Positions 9,233-18,643 of a DNA stretch of 60,953 nucleotides are shown here, in pieces (position 1 is the stretch's first letter; the number at the start of each line of letters is the position of its first letter). The notes under the pieces were generated by a model, which was not told where the DNA came from, ran no database searches, and saw nothing but the letters and a program-made list of their open reading frames with translations. A program made the position numbers and the translations under genes. The stretch spans positions 1 to 60,953 of the forward strand of contig DASPTT010000080.1 of assembly GCA_035623275.1 (NCBI GenBank), read 5' to 3'. Source of the DNA: Acidimicrobiales bacterium (GTDB taxonomy: Bacteria; Actinomycetota; Acidimicrobiia; Acidimicrobiales; UBA8190).

Positions 9233-9913
9233 ATGGGGTTGCTCGACGCCATCCGGGGCCGGACCAAGCCCGTGCGCGCCAACCTGGATGCGCTCTTCGC
9301 CCTGCCCGCCGCCGCGGTGACCCTTCAGGTCACCGCCGGGCTCGTCACCACCGGCCACGCAGGCGTGTGCTTCAAGCCGCCGGCCGGGCAGCCCTTTGCC
9401 CAGATGCAGGCCGACCTCGAGCAGCTGCTGCGCTCGGACACCTCGGGTGCGCCCGACGGCACCGCCTCCGTGCGTGATACCAGCGACAAGTACGGGTACC
9501 GCTGGATCCTCGTCGAGGCCGCCAACATCGACGACCTGGTGACCCGGGCGCACATGGTGCACTCCTCGCTCGAGGATGCCGGGTGGAGCACGCAGCTGCT
9601 GTGCTCGGTGTTCGGCTTCCGGCCCATGACCCCGGAGGAGACCGCCGCTGCGTCCGCCTCGGGGGACGCAGCGGCCGGTGCCCTGGCTGCCGGCGCCCCG
9701 GCGGCCGGCGACAGCGGGACGGACGCGGTGACGAGGCCGATCTTCCTCGTCTACCTGGCCAAGCAGGGCACCTTCTATCCCTTCGCCCCGGTCGGCCCCG
9801 AGCAGCGGGACAACGAGCTCGAGCTTCGGATCCGCGGGATGCTCGGCGACGACCTCCCGGTCGAGACGGACCTGGCCCGCTGGTTCCCGCTCTGGGACCT
9901 GCCCATCGGCTGA
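9233..9913 (+). CDS. hypothetical protein, conserved partner downstream of pspA-htpX (PspA-associated-like)
   Basis: 226 aa, soluble; good GC3 bias; GAGGG RBS; no recognisable catalytic motif. Confidence 0.5.
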   Translation: MGLLDAIRGRTKPVRANLDALFALPAAAVTLQVTAGLVTTGHAGVCFKPPAGQPFAQMQADLEQLLRSDTSGAPDGTASVRDTSDKYGYRWILVEAANIDDLVTRAHMVHSSLEDAGWSTQLLCSVFGFRPMTPEETAAASASGDAAAGALAAGAPAAGDSGTDAVTRPIFLVYLAKQGTFYPFAPVGPEQRDNELELRIRGMLGDDLPVETDLARWFPLWDLPIG

Positions 9914-9923
9914 GGGGGACACC

Positions 9924-10946
9924 TCAGCCGGCGTACGGATCCCAGGCCGGCGGCCCTTCGTCGAGCGCGAGCAGCTCCCCGTGCACCTCGTCGACGAAGC
10001 GCGCCGGCTCCAGCGCGCTCGGCGCGTCGACGAGGTGCAGGGCAGGCGTGACGGCGCCCGCGCCGTCGAAGGCCCATCGCGCGCCGGCGCCCTCGGCCGC
10101 CGACAGCGCCTCGGCCATGGCGCTCAGGTCCACCCGGGGACGCGGCCGGCGGCTCTCGAGCCGGACCCACGTCTCGTAGCGGAACCGCACCTCGTAGCGG
10201 CGCCCCCAGAGCGTGGCGATCCGGAGGCAGGCCGTCGCGCTGTGGATCGCCGCGGGATGGACCGGCCGCCCACCCCAGGCGGTTGCCGCCGTCGCCGTCG
10301 CCGTCGCCGCCGTCGCCGGGACGTCTGCCACCCGCACGATGGCCAGATCGGCGTCCGGACGCTCCTCGATCGTGACCGCACCCGACGCCAGCGCGGCGAC
10401 CGACGCGTCGTAGGCCCGAGCCTCGCGGCCCCAGAGGGCCTCGTGGTCCTCCGGATGCTCGGCGATGCCCGGGAGCAACGCCAGCGCAGCCCGGGCGGCG
10501 GTGGAGCACACCTCGAGCCAGTCGGTCGGACGATGCGCGCCTCGGAGCGCGTCGAGCGGCGAGCGCTCGGGATCGGCCACCGCGGCCAGGGCGAACGAGA
10601 CGAGCGCGCCGGCCCGGCCGGTCACCACCCCGAAATCGCCGACACGCGCCGCTTCGACCAGCAGCCCGGCGTGCGCCGCGGCCAGGCCCTCCACCGTGAG
10701 GAACGCGAGGGCGACGAGCCCGTCCTCGTCGTAGTGGTCGATGGACACGGCGTCCACGTCGGGCACGAGGTCCGGGCGCTCCAGCGCGCGCAGTGCGATC
10801 TCGGCGGAGAGGTCCGCTCGCAGCGCATCGGGGGTCGGGGTGCGAGGCCAGTGCGACAGCGTGCAGACGGTCCCCGGTCTGGGCGCCCCGTCCACGATCA
10901 GGTGCGGCCGCCCCCCGAGGTCCTGCGCCGGGACGTAGTGCCTCAC
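9924..10946 (-). CDS. hypothetical acidic protein, translationally coupled to pterin-4a-carbinolamine dehydratase
   Basis: 341 aa from GTG overlapping upstream TGA (GTGA); contains ATAATATATAATA low-complexity (gccgtcgcc repeats); longer ORF N-extension rejected. Confidence 0.5.
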   Translation of the reverse strand: MRHYVPAQDLGGRPHLIVDGAPRPGTVCTLSHWPRTPTPDALRADLSAEIALRALERPDLVPDVDAVSIDHYDEDGLVALAFLTVEGLAAAHAGLLVEAARVGDFGVVTGRAGALVSFALAAVADPERSPLDALRGAHRPTDWLEVCSTAARAALALLPGIAEHPEDHEALWGREARAYDASVAALASGAVTIEERPDADLAIVRVADVPATAATATATAATAWGGRPVHPAAIHSATACLRIATLWGRRYEVRFRYETWVRLESRRPRPRVDLSAMAEALSAAEGAGARWAFDGAGAVTPALHLVDAPSALEPARFVDEVHGELLALDEGPPAWDPYAG

Positions 10947-11218
10947 GCCGAGGCGTCGATGCGGCGCGCCAGCGCCAGGTCCGCCGCCGTGAGCCCCCCG
11001 GCGTCGTGCGTCGTGAGGCGCAGCGTGACCTCGTTCCAGCGGATGTCGATGTCGGGGTGGTGACCCATCTCCTCGGCCAGCGAGGCGACGTGGTTCACGA
11101 ACACCATGGCGGCGGCGAAGTCCCGGCCCTTCCACCGCCGGACGATCTCGTCGCCCTGGCGCTCCCAGGCCGAGCCGGCCAGCCCGGCGTCGACGGCCGC
11201 TGGGTCGAGGATGCCCAT
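10943..11218 (-). CDS. 4a-hydroxytetrahydrobiopterin (pterin-4a-carbinolamine) dehydratase
   Basis: 91 aa; ...FVNHVASLAEEMGHHPDIDIRWNEVTLRLTTHD signature of PCD/DCoH. Confidence 0.85.
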   Translation of the reverse strand: MGILDPAAVDAGLAGSAWERQGDEIVRRWKGRDFAAAMVFVNHVASLAEEMGHHPDIDIRWNEVTLRLTTHDAGGLTAADLALARRIDASA

Positions 11219-11222
11219 CGTC

Positions 11223-12611
11223 TCAGGGATGGATCATGTCCTCGGGGCGCACCGCGCTGTCGAATTCCTCGGCAGAGAGGTATCCCAGTGCGAGCGCCGC
11301 CTCCCGGAGCGTCGTCTTGTCCTTGTGCGCCTTCTTGGCCACGTCGGCCGCCTTGTCGTAGCCGATGATCGGGTTGAGCGCGGTGACGAGCATGAGGGAG
11401 TTGGCCAGGTGCTCCTGGATGCGGTCGACGTCGGGCTCGAGGCCGTCCACGGCGAACTCCCGGAACGTCGTGCACGCGTCGGTCAGCAGCAAGATCGAGT
11501 GCAGCACGTTGTGGATGATGACCGGCTTACAGACGTTGAGCTCGAGGTTGCCCCGGCTCCCGGCGACCGCCACGGCGGTGTCGTTCCCCATGACCTGGAT
11601 GCACACCATGATCATCGCCTCGCACTGCGTCGGGTTCACCTTGCCCGGCATGATCGAGGACCCGGGCTCGTTCGGCGGCAGGACGAGCTCGCCGAGGCCG
11701 CTGCGGGGCCCGGATCCGAGCCAACGGATGTCGTCGGCGATCTTCATGAGCGACACCGCCAGCGTCCGCAGCGACCCACTGGCGTGGACGAGGGCGTCGT
11801 GGGCGGCGAGCGCGGCGAACTTGTTCGGTGCGGACACAAAGGGCAGGCCGGTGATCTCGGCGATGTGGGCCGCGCTGCGCTCGCCGAACTCGGGATGCGT
11901 GTTGAGGCCCGTCCCCACCGCCGTGCCGCCGAGCGCGAGCTCGAAGAGCCCCGGCAGGTCGGCGTCGATGCGGGCCACGTCGGCGTCGAGCTGGGCCACG
12001 TAGCCCGAGAACTCCTGGCCGAGGGTCAGGGGCACGGCGTCCATCAGATGGGTCCTGCCGATCTTGACGATGTCCTCGAACACCCCTGCCTTGGCCGCGA
12101 GCGCGTCGCGCAGGCGCCGCACCGAGGGGAGCAGGCGGTGCACGAGCTGCTCCGCCGCGGCGATGTGCATGGCCGTGGGGAACGTGTCGTTGGACGACTG
12201 AGACATGTTGACGTGGTCGTTCGGGTGCACCGGCGATTTCGAGCCGAGCTCGCCGCCCGCCAGCTCGATGGCCCGGTTGGCGATGACCTCGTTGGCGTTC
12301 ATGTTGGTCTGCGTGCCGCTCCCCGTCTGCCAGATCCGCAGCGGGAAGTGGTCGTCGAGCCGGCCGTCCGTGACCTCCTTCGCCGCCTGCTCGATCAGGT
12401 GCCCGAGCGCTGGGTCGAGCTTGCCCAGCTCGACGTTGGTCTGCGCAGCCGCGTCCTTGAGGATGCCGATGGCCCGGATCAGCGGGCGGGGCATGGTGTC
12501 GCCGCCGATCGGAAAGTGGACCAACGACCGGGCCGTCTGTGCACCCCAATAGCGGTCGCCGGGAACCTCGATCGGCCCCATGGAATCGGTCTCGATGCGT
12601 ACCGTGCTCAC
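11223..12611 (-). CDS. fumC: class II fumarate hydratase
   Basis: 462 aa; [11 protein letters not shown] signature, [14 protein letters not shown]. Confidence 0.95.
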   Translation of the reverse strand: MSTVRIETDSMGPIEVPGDRYWGAQTARSLVHFPIGGDTMPRPLIRAIGILKDAAAQTNVELGKLDPALGHLIEQAAKEVTDGRLDDHFPLRIWQTGSGTQTNMNANEVIANRAIELAGGELGSKSPVHPNDHVNMSQSSNDTFPTAMHIAAAEQLVHRLLPSVRRLRDALAAKAGVFEDIVKIGRTHLMDAVPLTLGQEFSGYVAQLDADVARIDADLPGLFELALGGTAVGTGLNTHPEFGERSAAHIAEITGLPFVSAPNKFAALAAHDALVHASGSLRTLAVSLMKIADDIRWLGSGPRSGLGELVLPPNEPGSSIMPGKVNPTQCEAMIMVCIQVMGNDTAVAVAGSRGNLELNVCKPVIIHNVLHSILLLTDACTTFREFAVDGLEPDVDRIQEHLANSLMLVTALNPIIGYDKAADVAKKAHKDKTTLREAALALGYLSAEEFDSAVRPEDMIHP

Positions 12612-12785
12612 CGGCTCACCTCGTCACGCCTGCGCCCACCTCGTAACCTAGCCCGCTCGGCTATGCGCCCGAATCGCCGCATCGGATCGCCCGATGGCCG
12701 ATCGCACGGGGCGCGGGGCCACGAAAGCCGATCCCGGCAAGTCGACGGGCCGACGACCGCGCCGGGGCGCACTAGCGTCGCCCCC

Positions 12786-13898
12786 GTGATCGTCGGCGTG
12801 CCCGCGGAGGTCAAGCCCGGGGAGAACCGCGTGGCCCTCACCCCCGACGGGGCACGCGAGCTGGTCGCCCATGGGCATCGCGTCCTGGTCGAGAACGGTG
12901 CGGGTTCTGGCTCGTCGATCACCGATGCCGACTTCCTCGCCGGCGGTGCCGAGCTCGTCGACACGGCCGGCGCGTGGAGCGCGCAGCTCGTCCTCAAGGT
13001 CAAGGAGCCCCAGGTGTCCGAGGGCGGCTTCCTTCGCAGGGACCTGGTCCTCTTCGGCTACCTCCACATCGCCGCCTATCCCGGTCTCGCCCACATGCTC
13101 CTGCAGAGCGGGACCACGGCCATCGCCTACGAGACGGTGCGGGACGCGTCCGGGGCCCTCCCCCTGCTCGCCCCCATGAGCGAGGTGGCGGGGCGGCTGG
13201 CGCCCCAGATCGGCGCCCATTTCCTGGAGCGAGGCCACGGTGGTCGCGGCGTCCTCCTCGGCGGCGCGCCCGGCGTCCGCCCGGCGCGTGTCGTCGTGCT
13301 CGGTGCCGGTACGGTCGGCTCCAATGCCGCGTGGATCGCTCAGGGCATGGAGGCCGAGGTGATCCTGATCGACCGGAACCTCGACCGGTTGCGGCTGGTG
13401 GACCAGATCCACCGGGGCCGGATCATGACACTCGCCTCCAACCGGGGCGTCATCGAGCGATCCCTGGCCGAGGCCGACCTCGTCATCGGCGCCGTCCTCG
13501 TACCGGGGGCCAAGGCGCCGGTCATCGTGACCGAGGAGATGGTGGCCACGATGAAGCCCGGTTCGGTGATCGTCGACGTGGCCGTGGACCAGGGTGGCTG
13601 CGTGGCCACGACCGTGGAGACGACACACGAGCACCCGATCGTCCTCCGCCACGACGTCCTGCACTACGGCGTCGGCAACATCCCCGCCGCGGTCCCCAAC
13701 ACCTCCACCTACGCGTTGACCAACGCCACCTTCCCATACGTGCTGGCCCTGGCCGACCACGGGGTCCGACACGCGGTCGAGACGGCCCCCGGGCTGGCCG
13801 AGGGCATCACCACGGCAGCGGGTGCGGTGGTCAACCCGGCAGTGGCGGAGGTGCTCGGACGAGCTGCCGTCGACTTCCGCGAGGTGATCGCCGGTTAG
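12786..13898 (+). CDS. ald: alanine dehydrogenase
   Basis: 370 aa from GTG; VIVGVPAEVKPGENRVALTP N-terminus, VVVLGAGTVGSNAA NAD fold. Confidence 0.9.
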   Translation: MIVGVPAEVKPGENRVALTPDGARELVAHGHRVLVENGAGSGSSITDADFLAGGAELVDTAGAWSAQLVLKVKEPQVSEGGFLRRDLVLFGYLHIAAYPGLAHMLLQSGTTAIAYETVRDASGALPLLAPMSEVAGRLAPQIGAHFLERGHGGRGVLLGGAPGVRPARVVVLGAGTVGSNAAWIAQGMEAEVILIDRNLDRLRLVDQIHRGRIMTLASNRGVIERSLAEADLVIGAVLVPGAKAPVIVTEEMVATMKPGSVIVDVAVDQGGCVATTVETTHEHPIVLRHDVLHYGVGNIPAAVPNTSTYALTNATFPYVLALADHGVRHAVETAPGLAEGITTAAGAVVNPAVAEVLGRAAVDFREVIAG

Positions 13899-14893
13899 TC
13901 GTCGCGTGATCCGAACGCCTCGGTGAGGGTCTTGCCGGCAAGCCGCAAGTGGTCGAGGTCGTACGCGTCCTGCATGTTGAAGACCATGCCGTCGAGCCCG
14001 GCGTCGAGGTGTTGCGCGACCTGGGCCACCACCGCGTCGGGGTCGCCGGCCACGACGAACGCCCGGACGACGTCGGGGTCGACGCCACGGCGGGCGGCGG
14101 TGTCGGCGACCAGGCGGTCCACCTCGGCCGCCGACGACGCGATGATCAGGGTGGCCAGCTTGGTCTTGGTGATGACGTCGTAGTCGCGCCCCGCGTCGTC
14201 GCAGTGACGCCGAAGCACGTCGAGCTTGTGGCGGATCTCCTCGACACTGCCGAAGAGATTGCAGGCGTCCGCATAGCGGGCCACCAGCCGCAGCGTCTTG
14301 CGCTCGCCCGACCCGCCGACGAGGATCGGCGGCCCTCCGGCCTGGACCGGCCGGGGACGGTTGACGGCACGGTCGATCCGGTAGTGGTGACCTTCGAAGC
14401 TCGGCGCGTCCTCCGTGAACATCGCCCGGCAGATCCGAAGGGCTTCCTCGAGCCGCTCGAAGCGCTCGGAGAGCGGTGGGAAGGCGAAGCCGAGGCCCTG
14501 GTGCTCGGTGTCGAACCAGGCGGCACCGATGCCGAGCACGGCACGGCCACGCGAGATCACGTCGATGGCGGTGACCTGCTTGGCCAGGAGCGCGGGGTTC
14601 CGGTACGTGACGCCGGTGACCATGGCGCCGAGCCGCGCACGGCGGGTTCGCGCGGCCAGCGCCCCGAGCAGCGTGTAGGACTCGAACATCGGCTCGTCGA
14701 GCGTGCCCACCATGGGGATCTGGAACAGGTGGTCCATCACCCAGAGCGAATCGAAGCCGGCCTCCTCCGCGGTGGTGGCGATGGTGGCGACCTGCTCGAA
14801 GAGGCCGGGTTCCCCGCCGGCGCGGGCGGATTCGGGATAGGTGAAGCTCGGGATCTGCAGGCCGAAGCGGGTGACGAGTGCCATGGCCGTCAC
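13895..14893 (-). CDS. LLM-class F420-dependent oxidoreductase
   Basis: 332 aa; luciferase-like TIM barrel motifs (GFDSLWVMDH, LGIGAAW); 4-nt convergent overlap with ald. Confidence 0.8.
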   Translation of the reverse strand: MTAMALVTRFGLQIPSFTYPESARAGGEPGLFEQVATIATTAEEAGFDSLWVMDHLFQIPMVGTLDEPMFESYTLLGALAARTRRARLGAMVTGVTYRNPALLAKQVTAIDVISRGRAVLGIGAAWFDTEHQGLGFAFPPLSERFERLEEALRICRAMFTEDAPSFEGHHYRIDRAVNRPRPVQAGGPPILVGGSGERKTLRLVARYADACNLFGSVEEIRHKLDVLRRHCDDAGRDYDVITKTKLATLIIASSAAEVDRLVADTAARRGVDPDVVRAFVVAGDPDAVVAQVAQHLDAGLDGMVFNMQDAYDLDHLRLAGKTLTEAFGSRDD

Positions 14894-14894
14894 G

Positions 14895-15275
14895 CTAGCG
14901 GCGGTGGTCCTCGCCCAAGCGACGGCGAAATGCCGTCGCGGCCTCCACCTGCGCGCCGGCGGCGCGGACCCGGGCGGCCAGGGCGGTGTCGGAGGTCACG
15001 ACCATCAGCTGACCGGGCTCGTCGCTGGCCTCGACCAAGGCGGCGATCACGTCGTCCGCCGCGTTCGGGCCGCCGGGGGCGAAGCAGACCTCGACCTCGC
15101 CGTCGTCGAGGTCCACGGGGCGGCCGTCGAAGACGACCGTGCACGCGCCCCCGAGGCGGGTCGCACCGGCGGCCTCGATCGTGCGGACCAGTGCCCGCTG
15201 CGCCGCGGGCCGATCCCGCCACCAGCCGTCCGGGCGCGAGCCGATCACGTTCATCCCGTCCACGATCAGCTGCAT
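14895..15275 (-). CDS. NYN/YacP-like predicted RNA-binding nuclease domain protein
   Basis: 126 aa from internal ATG; MQLIVDGMNVIGS...VVFDG...MVVTSD pattern of YacP/NYN. Confidence 0.65.
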   Translation of the reverse strand: MQLIVDGMNVIGSRPDGWWRDRPAAQRALVRTIEAAGATRLGGACTVVFDGRPVDLDDGEVEVCFAPGGPNAADDVIAALVEASDEPGQLMVVTSDTALAARVRAAGAQVEAATAFRRRLGEDHRR

Positions 15276-15388
15276 GGTTCCCGTCCGCCGTTGTGGTCGA
15301 CGGGTCCGCCGGCTCCGCCGCTGCACCGCCCGCGGTTACGGTTGACCACGTCCGGTTCCACGCTGTGCCCCGGTGCCGGAGGAGGTCG

Positions 15389-16030
15389 ATGCGCGCACGC
15401 CTCGTCGCACGAGGTGAGGAGGAAGCCCCGGAGACGGCCGGCCTCGCGCTGGTGAGCCTCCTGGTCTCGCTGCTCGTCGTCGGTCTCCTGGCCGTCTTCG
15501 CCGTGGTCGCCTTGAACGGCGACACGACCTCGACCCCGGGGCTGGGCGTCACCGGTTCGTCGAGCGGGTCGTCGAGCGGGTCCTCGAGCGGGTCCTCGAA
15601 CGGGTCCTCGAGCGCCGCCTCGGGGGGATCGCCTTCGGGAGCCGGGGGCATCGTGGCCGAGGCGGCCGACTCGGTGGCCCGACAGAACCTCGGCGCCGCC
15701 CTGTCGCTGGCCGACGAGGTCGCAGCCTCGACGGGCGACTACGGGCAGATCGGCCCGGCCGCTCTGAGCGGGCAGGCGCGTGGGCTCGCGTTCGTCTCCG
15801 GACCCTCGACGGCGGCTTCGGTCGTCAGCGTGTCGCCCGGCGGTGGTGGTGTGGCCATGGCCGTGCGCTCGGCGACCGGCACATGCTGGCTGGCATGGCG
15901 CTCCGGCGGGAGCACCTGGTACGGCGTGGCCGTCAGCGGGAATGCCTGCGGCGCGCCCGCGTTGTCGGCACCGCCGGCCCCCGGCGTGGGCCCGATCCGC
16001 TGGCAGCAAGGGGTCTTCCCGGCGCCCTGA
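15389..16030 (+). CDS. hypothetical membrane-anchored protein with Ser/Gly tandem-repeat linker
   Basis: 213 aa; GGAGG RBS 6 nt upstream of ATG; one TM (LALVSLLVSLLVVGLLAVFAVVAL), GSSSGSSSGSSSGSSNGSSS linker encoded by 12-nt tandem repeats, C-terminal domain with 2 Cys. Confidence 0.55.
   Translation: MRARLVARGEEEAPETAGLALVSLLVSLLVVGLLAVFAVVALNGDTTSTPGLGVTGSSSGSSSGSSSGSSNGSSSAASGGSPSGAGGIVAEAADSVARQNLGAALSLADEVAASTGDYGQIGPAALSGQARGLAFVSGPSTAASVVSVSPGGGGVAMAVRSATGTCWLAWRSGGSTWYGVAVSGNACGAPALSAPPAPGVGPIRWQQGVFPAP
15557..15616 (+). repeat. five tandem copies of a 12-nt unit (tcgtcgagcggg-like) encoding the Ser/Gly linker
   Basis: direct reading: tcgtcgagcggg tcgtcgagcggg tcctcgagcggg tcctcgaacggg tcctcgagcgcc. 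Confidence 0.6.
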
Positions 16031-16035
16031 GCGAC

Positions 16036-17448
16036 CTAGAAGAGGCGACGCACGATCCTTTCCTTCAAGGCGGTGTAGGGGGCGTACATCATCGCCAACT
16101 CGAGCCAGGTCGGCCGGTCCATGACCGCCTTGCGGTGACTGAACTCCTCGAAGCCCCACCGGCCGTGATATGCGCCCGTACCCGACGGCCCGACACCGCC
16201 GAACGGGAGCGCGGCAGGAAGGACGTGACTCACCACCTCGTTCACGCAGGCGCCACCCGAGGAGGTCTGCCGGAGGACGTGGTCCGCGGTGCGGCTCGAT
16301 CCGGTGAACACGTACAGGGCCAGCGGCTTGTCGTGGCCGTTCACGTAGGCGATGGCCTCGTCCACGTCGCGCACGGGAAGCACGGGCAGGATCGGGCCGA
16401 AGATCTCCTCCCCCATGACCGCCGCGTCGGGGTCCACACCGGCGAGCACCGTTGGCGCGACGTAGCGGGCGCCGGCGTCGACGTCGCCGCCGCAGGCCAC
16501 CGCCTTGAACCCGCCGGCGGCGAGCAGCCCCTGGAGGCGAAGCGCATGACGCTCGTTGACGATCCGCCCGAAGGAGTCGCTCGTGCGCGGGTCGTCGCCG
16601 TAGCGCTCCCTGATCGTCGACGCGAGCTTGTCCACAAGGGCATCGTGGACCGATTCGTGGGCCAGGACGTAGTCGGGGGCGACGCACGTCTGGCCGGCGT
16701 TGAGGAACTTGCCCCACACGATGCGGCGGGCGGCGCTGTCGAGGTTTGCGTCGCGGTCCACGATCACCGGGCTCTTGCCACCGAGCTCCAGGGTCACCGG
16801 GGTCAGGTGACGGGCCGCCGCCTCGGCGATCTGGCGTCCGACGTGGCCGTTGCCCGTGTAGAAGATGCGATCGAAGCGCTGGGTGAGCAGTGCCTGGGTC
16901 TCCGGGACGCCCCCCTCGACGACGGCGACCGCCTCGGGGTCGACGTGCATGGGGATGTACCTGGCCAAGGCGCCCGACACCGTCGGCGTGACCTCTGAGG
17001 GCTTGACGACCGCGGTGTTGCCGGCCGCGAGGGCCGCGGCCAGGGGCGAGACGAGCAAATGGATGGGGTAGTTCCACGGGGCGATGACCAGCACGGCGCC
17101 CAGGGGCTCGCGCACGATCCGGTTCCGGGTCCCGAGCAGCTGCCAGGGAGGACGGACCCGCTCGTCGCGGGCCCATGATCGCAGGTTCCTGCGCAGCTCG
17201 TTCGCGTCGCGCAGGGTCACCCGAAGATCCGCCATCCACCCCTCGAAGCGCGGGCGACCGAGATCCGCAGCCATGGCGTCGAGGAACGCCTCCTCGTGCT
17301 CCTCGAGCATCTCGACGAGCCCGGCCAGCTGGCGCTGGCGCCATGCGATGTCGCGGGTGCGGCCTGAGTCGAACGTGCTTCGCACACCCTTCACGATGGC
17401 GGCCGCGTGCTCCTGCATCGTGCTCCGGTCCTCGGTGATGGCCATCGC
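16036..17448 (-). CDS. aldehyde dehydrogenase family protein (ALDH3-like)
   Basis: 470 aa; ELGGKSP, GQTCVAPDY catalytic Cys motif, PFGGVGPSGTG. Confidence 0.85.
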   Translation of the reverse strand, partial: AMAITEDRSTMQEHAAAIVKGVRSTFDSGRTRDIAWRQRQLAGLVEMLEEHEEAFLDAMAADLGRPRFEGWMADLRVTLRDANELRRNLRSWARDERVRPPWQLLGTRNRIVREPLGAVLVIAPWNYPIHLLVSPLAAALAAGNTAVVKPSEVTPTVSGALARYIPMHVDPEAVAVVEGGVPETQALLTQRFDRIFYTGNGHVGRQIAEAAARHLTPVTLELGGKSPVIVDRDANLDSAARRIVWGKFLNAGQTCVAPDYVLAHESVHDALVDKLASTIRERYGDDPRTSDSFGRIVNERHALRLQGLLAAGGFKAVACGGDVDAGARYVAPTVLAGVDPDAAVMGEEIFGPILPVLPVRDVDEAIAYVNGHDKPLALYVFTGSSRTADHVLRQTSSGGACVNEVVSHVLPAALPFGGVGPSGTGAYHGRWGFEEFSHRKAVMDRPTWLELAMMYAPYTALKERIVRRLF

Positions 17449-17507
17449 CAGCTCCCTTCGTTCGTCGCACAGCCTCCCCCACTCGAGGGGGCGGGGGCAA
17501 CGCGGGG

Positions 17508-18635
17508 TCACCGGTGCGGCCGGGCCCACCAACCGTGGGCTTCGACGGCTTGACCGGCGTCCGCCAGGCGCTCCAGGGCGAGGGCGACCTCACCCAGCGG
17601 CATGCCCGTCCGCAGGACCACCACGTCGAGACTGACCGGGTCCTGGTCCAGTGCCCGACGGACGGCCAGTTCCTCCGCCGACAGACGAGGGTCCGGGGTC
17701 CGCCCGCGGGCCCGTGTCGCGTCGTCGGCACGTCTCGGCCACGCGACCCCGGAAAGGCCGGCGACCACGGCGCCGAGGAGGTCGAGGACGTCGTCGGCAT
17801 GACGGACCGGGGACGCACCCTCGACGAGCAACGCGTTGGCGCCGGCCGACGCCGGGCTCCGGACCGAGCCGGGCACCGCGGCAACGGGCACCCCACGACG
17901 GCGCGCGGCGCGCACCGTGTGGAGCGCGCCCCCGGTCGCATGCGCCTCCACCACCACGACCACGTGCGCCAGGGCGGCCATGACCCGGTTGCGAACCGCG
18001 AACCACCACCGGGCACCGGCAACGCCGGGAGGGAGCTCGGAGAGCACCACACCGCTCGCCGCCACTTCGCGGCGCAGCGAGAGCTGGGCCGGCGGCGCGG
18101 TGGCGTCGAGCGCCGTCCCGAGCACTGCGATGGCGGGCGCACCGCCGGTCCGCAACGATCCGAGGTGCGCCGCCGAGTCGATGCCCCTGGCCAGGCCCGA
18201 CACGACGCTGACCCCGGCCGACGAAAGCGAGGCACCGACCTCCTCGGCGATCCCCAGCCCGGTGGGCGTAGCGCTGCGGGTACCCACCACCGCCACGCGT
18301 GGCCGGTTCTCGAGCCCATCGAGCTCACCCAGCACGAAGAGCACTGCCGGGGGATCCGGGTCGGCCGCGAGGAAACGCGGGTAGCCGCGCCCGCCCAGGA
18401 TCTTCACCTCGACGGGTGAGCCGGCCCTGGCCCGGAAGGCGCGGACAAGTGCGTCCTCGGTCGCCTTGGACCGCAGCGCGGCGTCAGCGTCGCCAGGATG
18501 CCTTCCGGCGGCGAGGGCCTGCCAGGCCTCGGCCGGCGTGAACCCCCGGAGAAGCGTCCGCAACCTTCCCGGCGACACGCCGAACGACGCGAGTGCCATC
18601 GCATAGGCGTCCTCGGCGTCGGAGGGCTCGTTCAC
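17508..18635 (-). CDS. dprA: DNA-processing protein A (SMF)
   Basis: 375 aa from GTG 6 nt after comM stop; Rossmann-like VAVVGTRSATPTG...VVSGLARGIDSAAH DprA core plus C-terminal wHTH. Confidence 0.85.
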   Translation of the reverse strand: MNEPSDAEDAYAMALASFGVSPGRLRTLLRGFTPAEAWQALAAGRHPGDADAALRSKATEDALVRAFRARAGSPVEVKILGGRGYPRFLAADPDPPAVLFVLGELDGLENRPRVAVVGTRSATPTGLGIAEEVGASLSSAGVSVVSGLARGIDSAAHLGSLRTGGAPAIAVLGTALDATAPPAQLSLRREVAASGVVLSELPPGVAGARWWFAVRNRVMAALAHVVVVVEAHATGGALHTVRAARRRGVPVAAVPGSVRSPASAGANALLVEGASPVRHADDVLDLLGAVVAGLSGVAWPRRADDATRARGRTPDPRLSAEELAVRRALDQDPVSLDVVVLRTGMPLGEVALALERLADAGQAVEAHGWWARPHR

Positions 18636-18643
18636 GACGACCC

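Noticed and set aside
15266-18328. 1020-aa ORF on the minus strand and other large ORFs (13949..16030 + N-part, 26902..31773 +, 28356..30161 +, 9981..11063 +, 54357..56570 +, 56426..59053 + N-part)
   Set aside because: Arg/Pro/Gly-dominated with no domains; they overlap strongly supported genes (ALDH, dprA, smc, ftsY, murF etc.) on the other strand or frame. Only the conserved C-terminal portions (15389..16030, 57230..59053) were kept.
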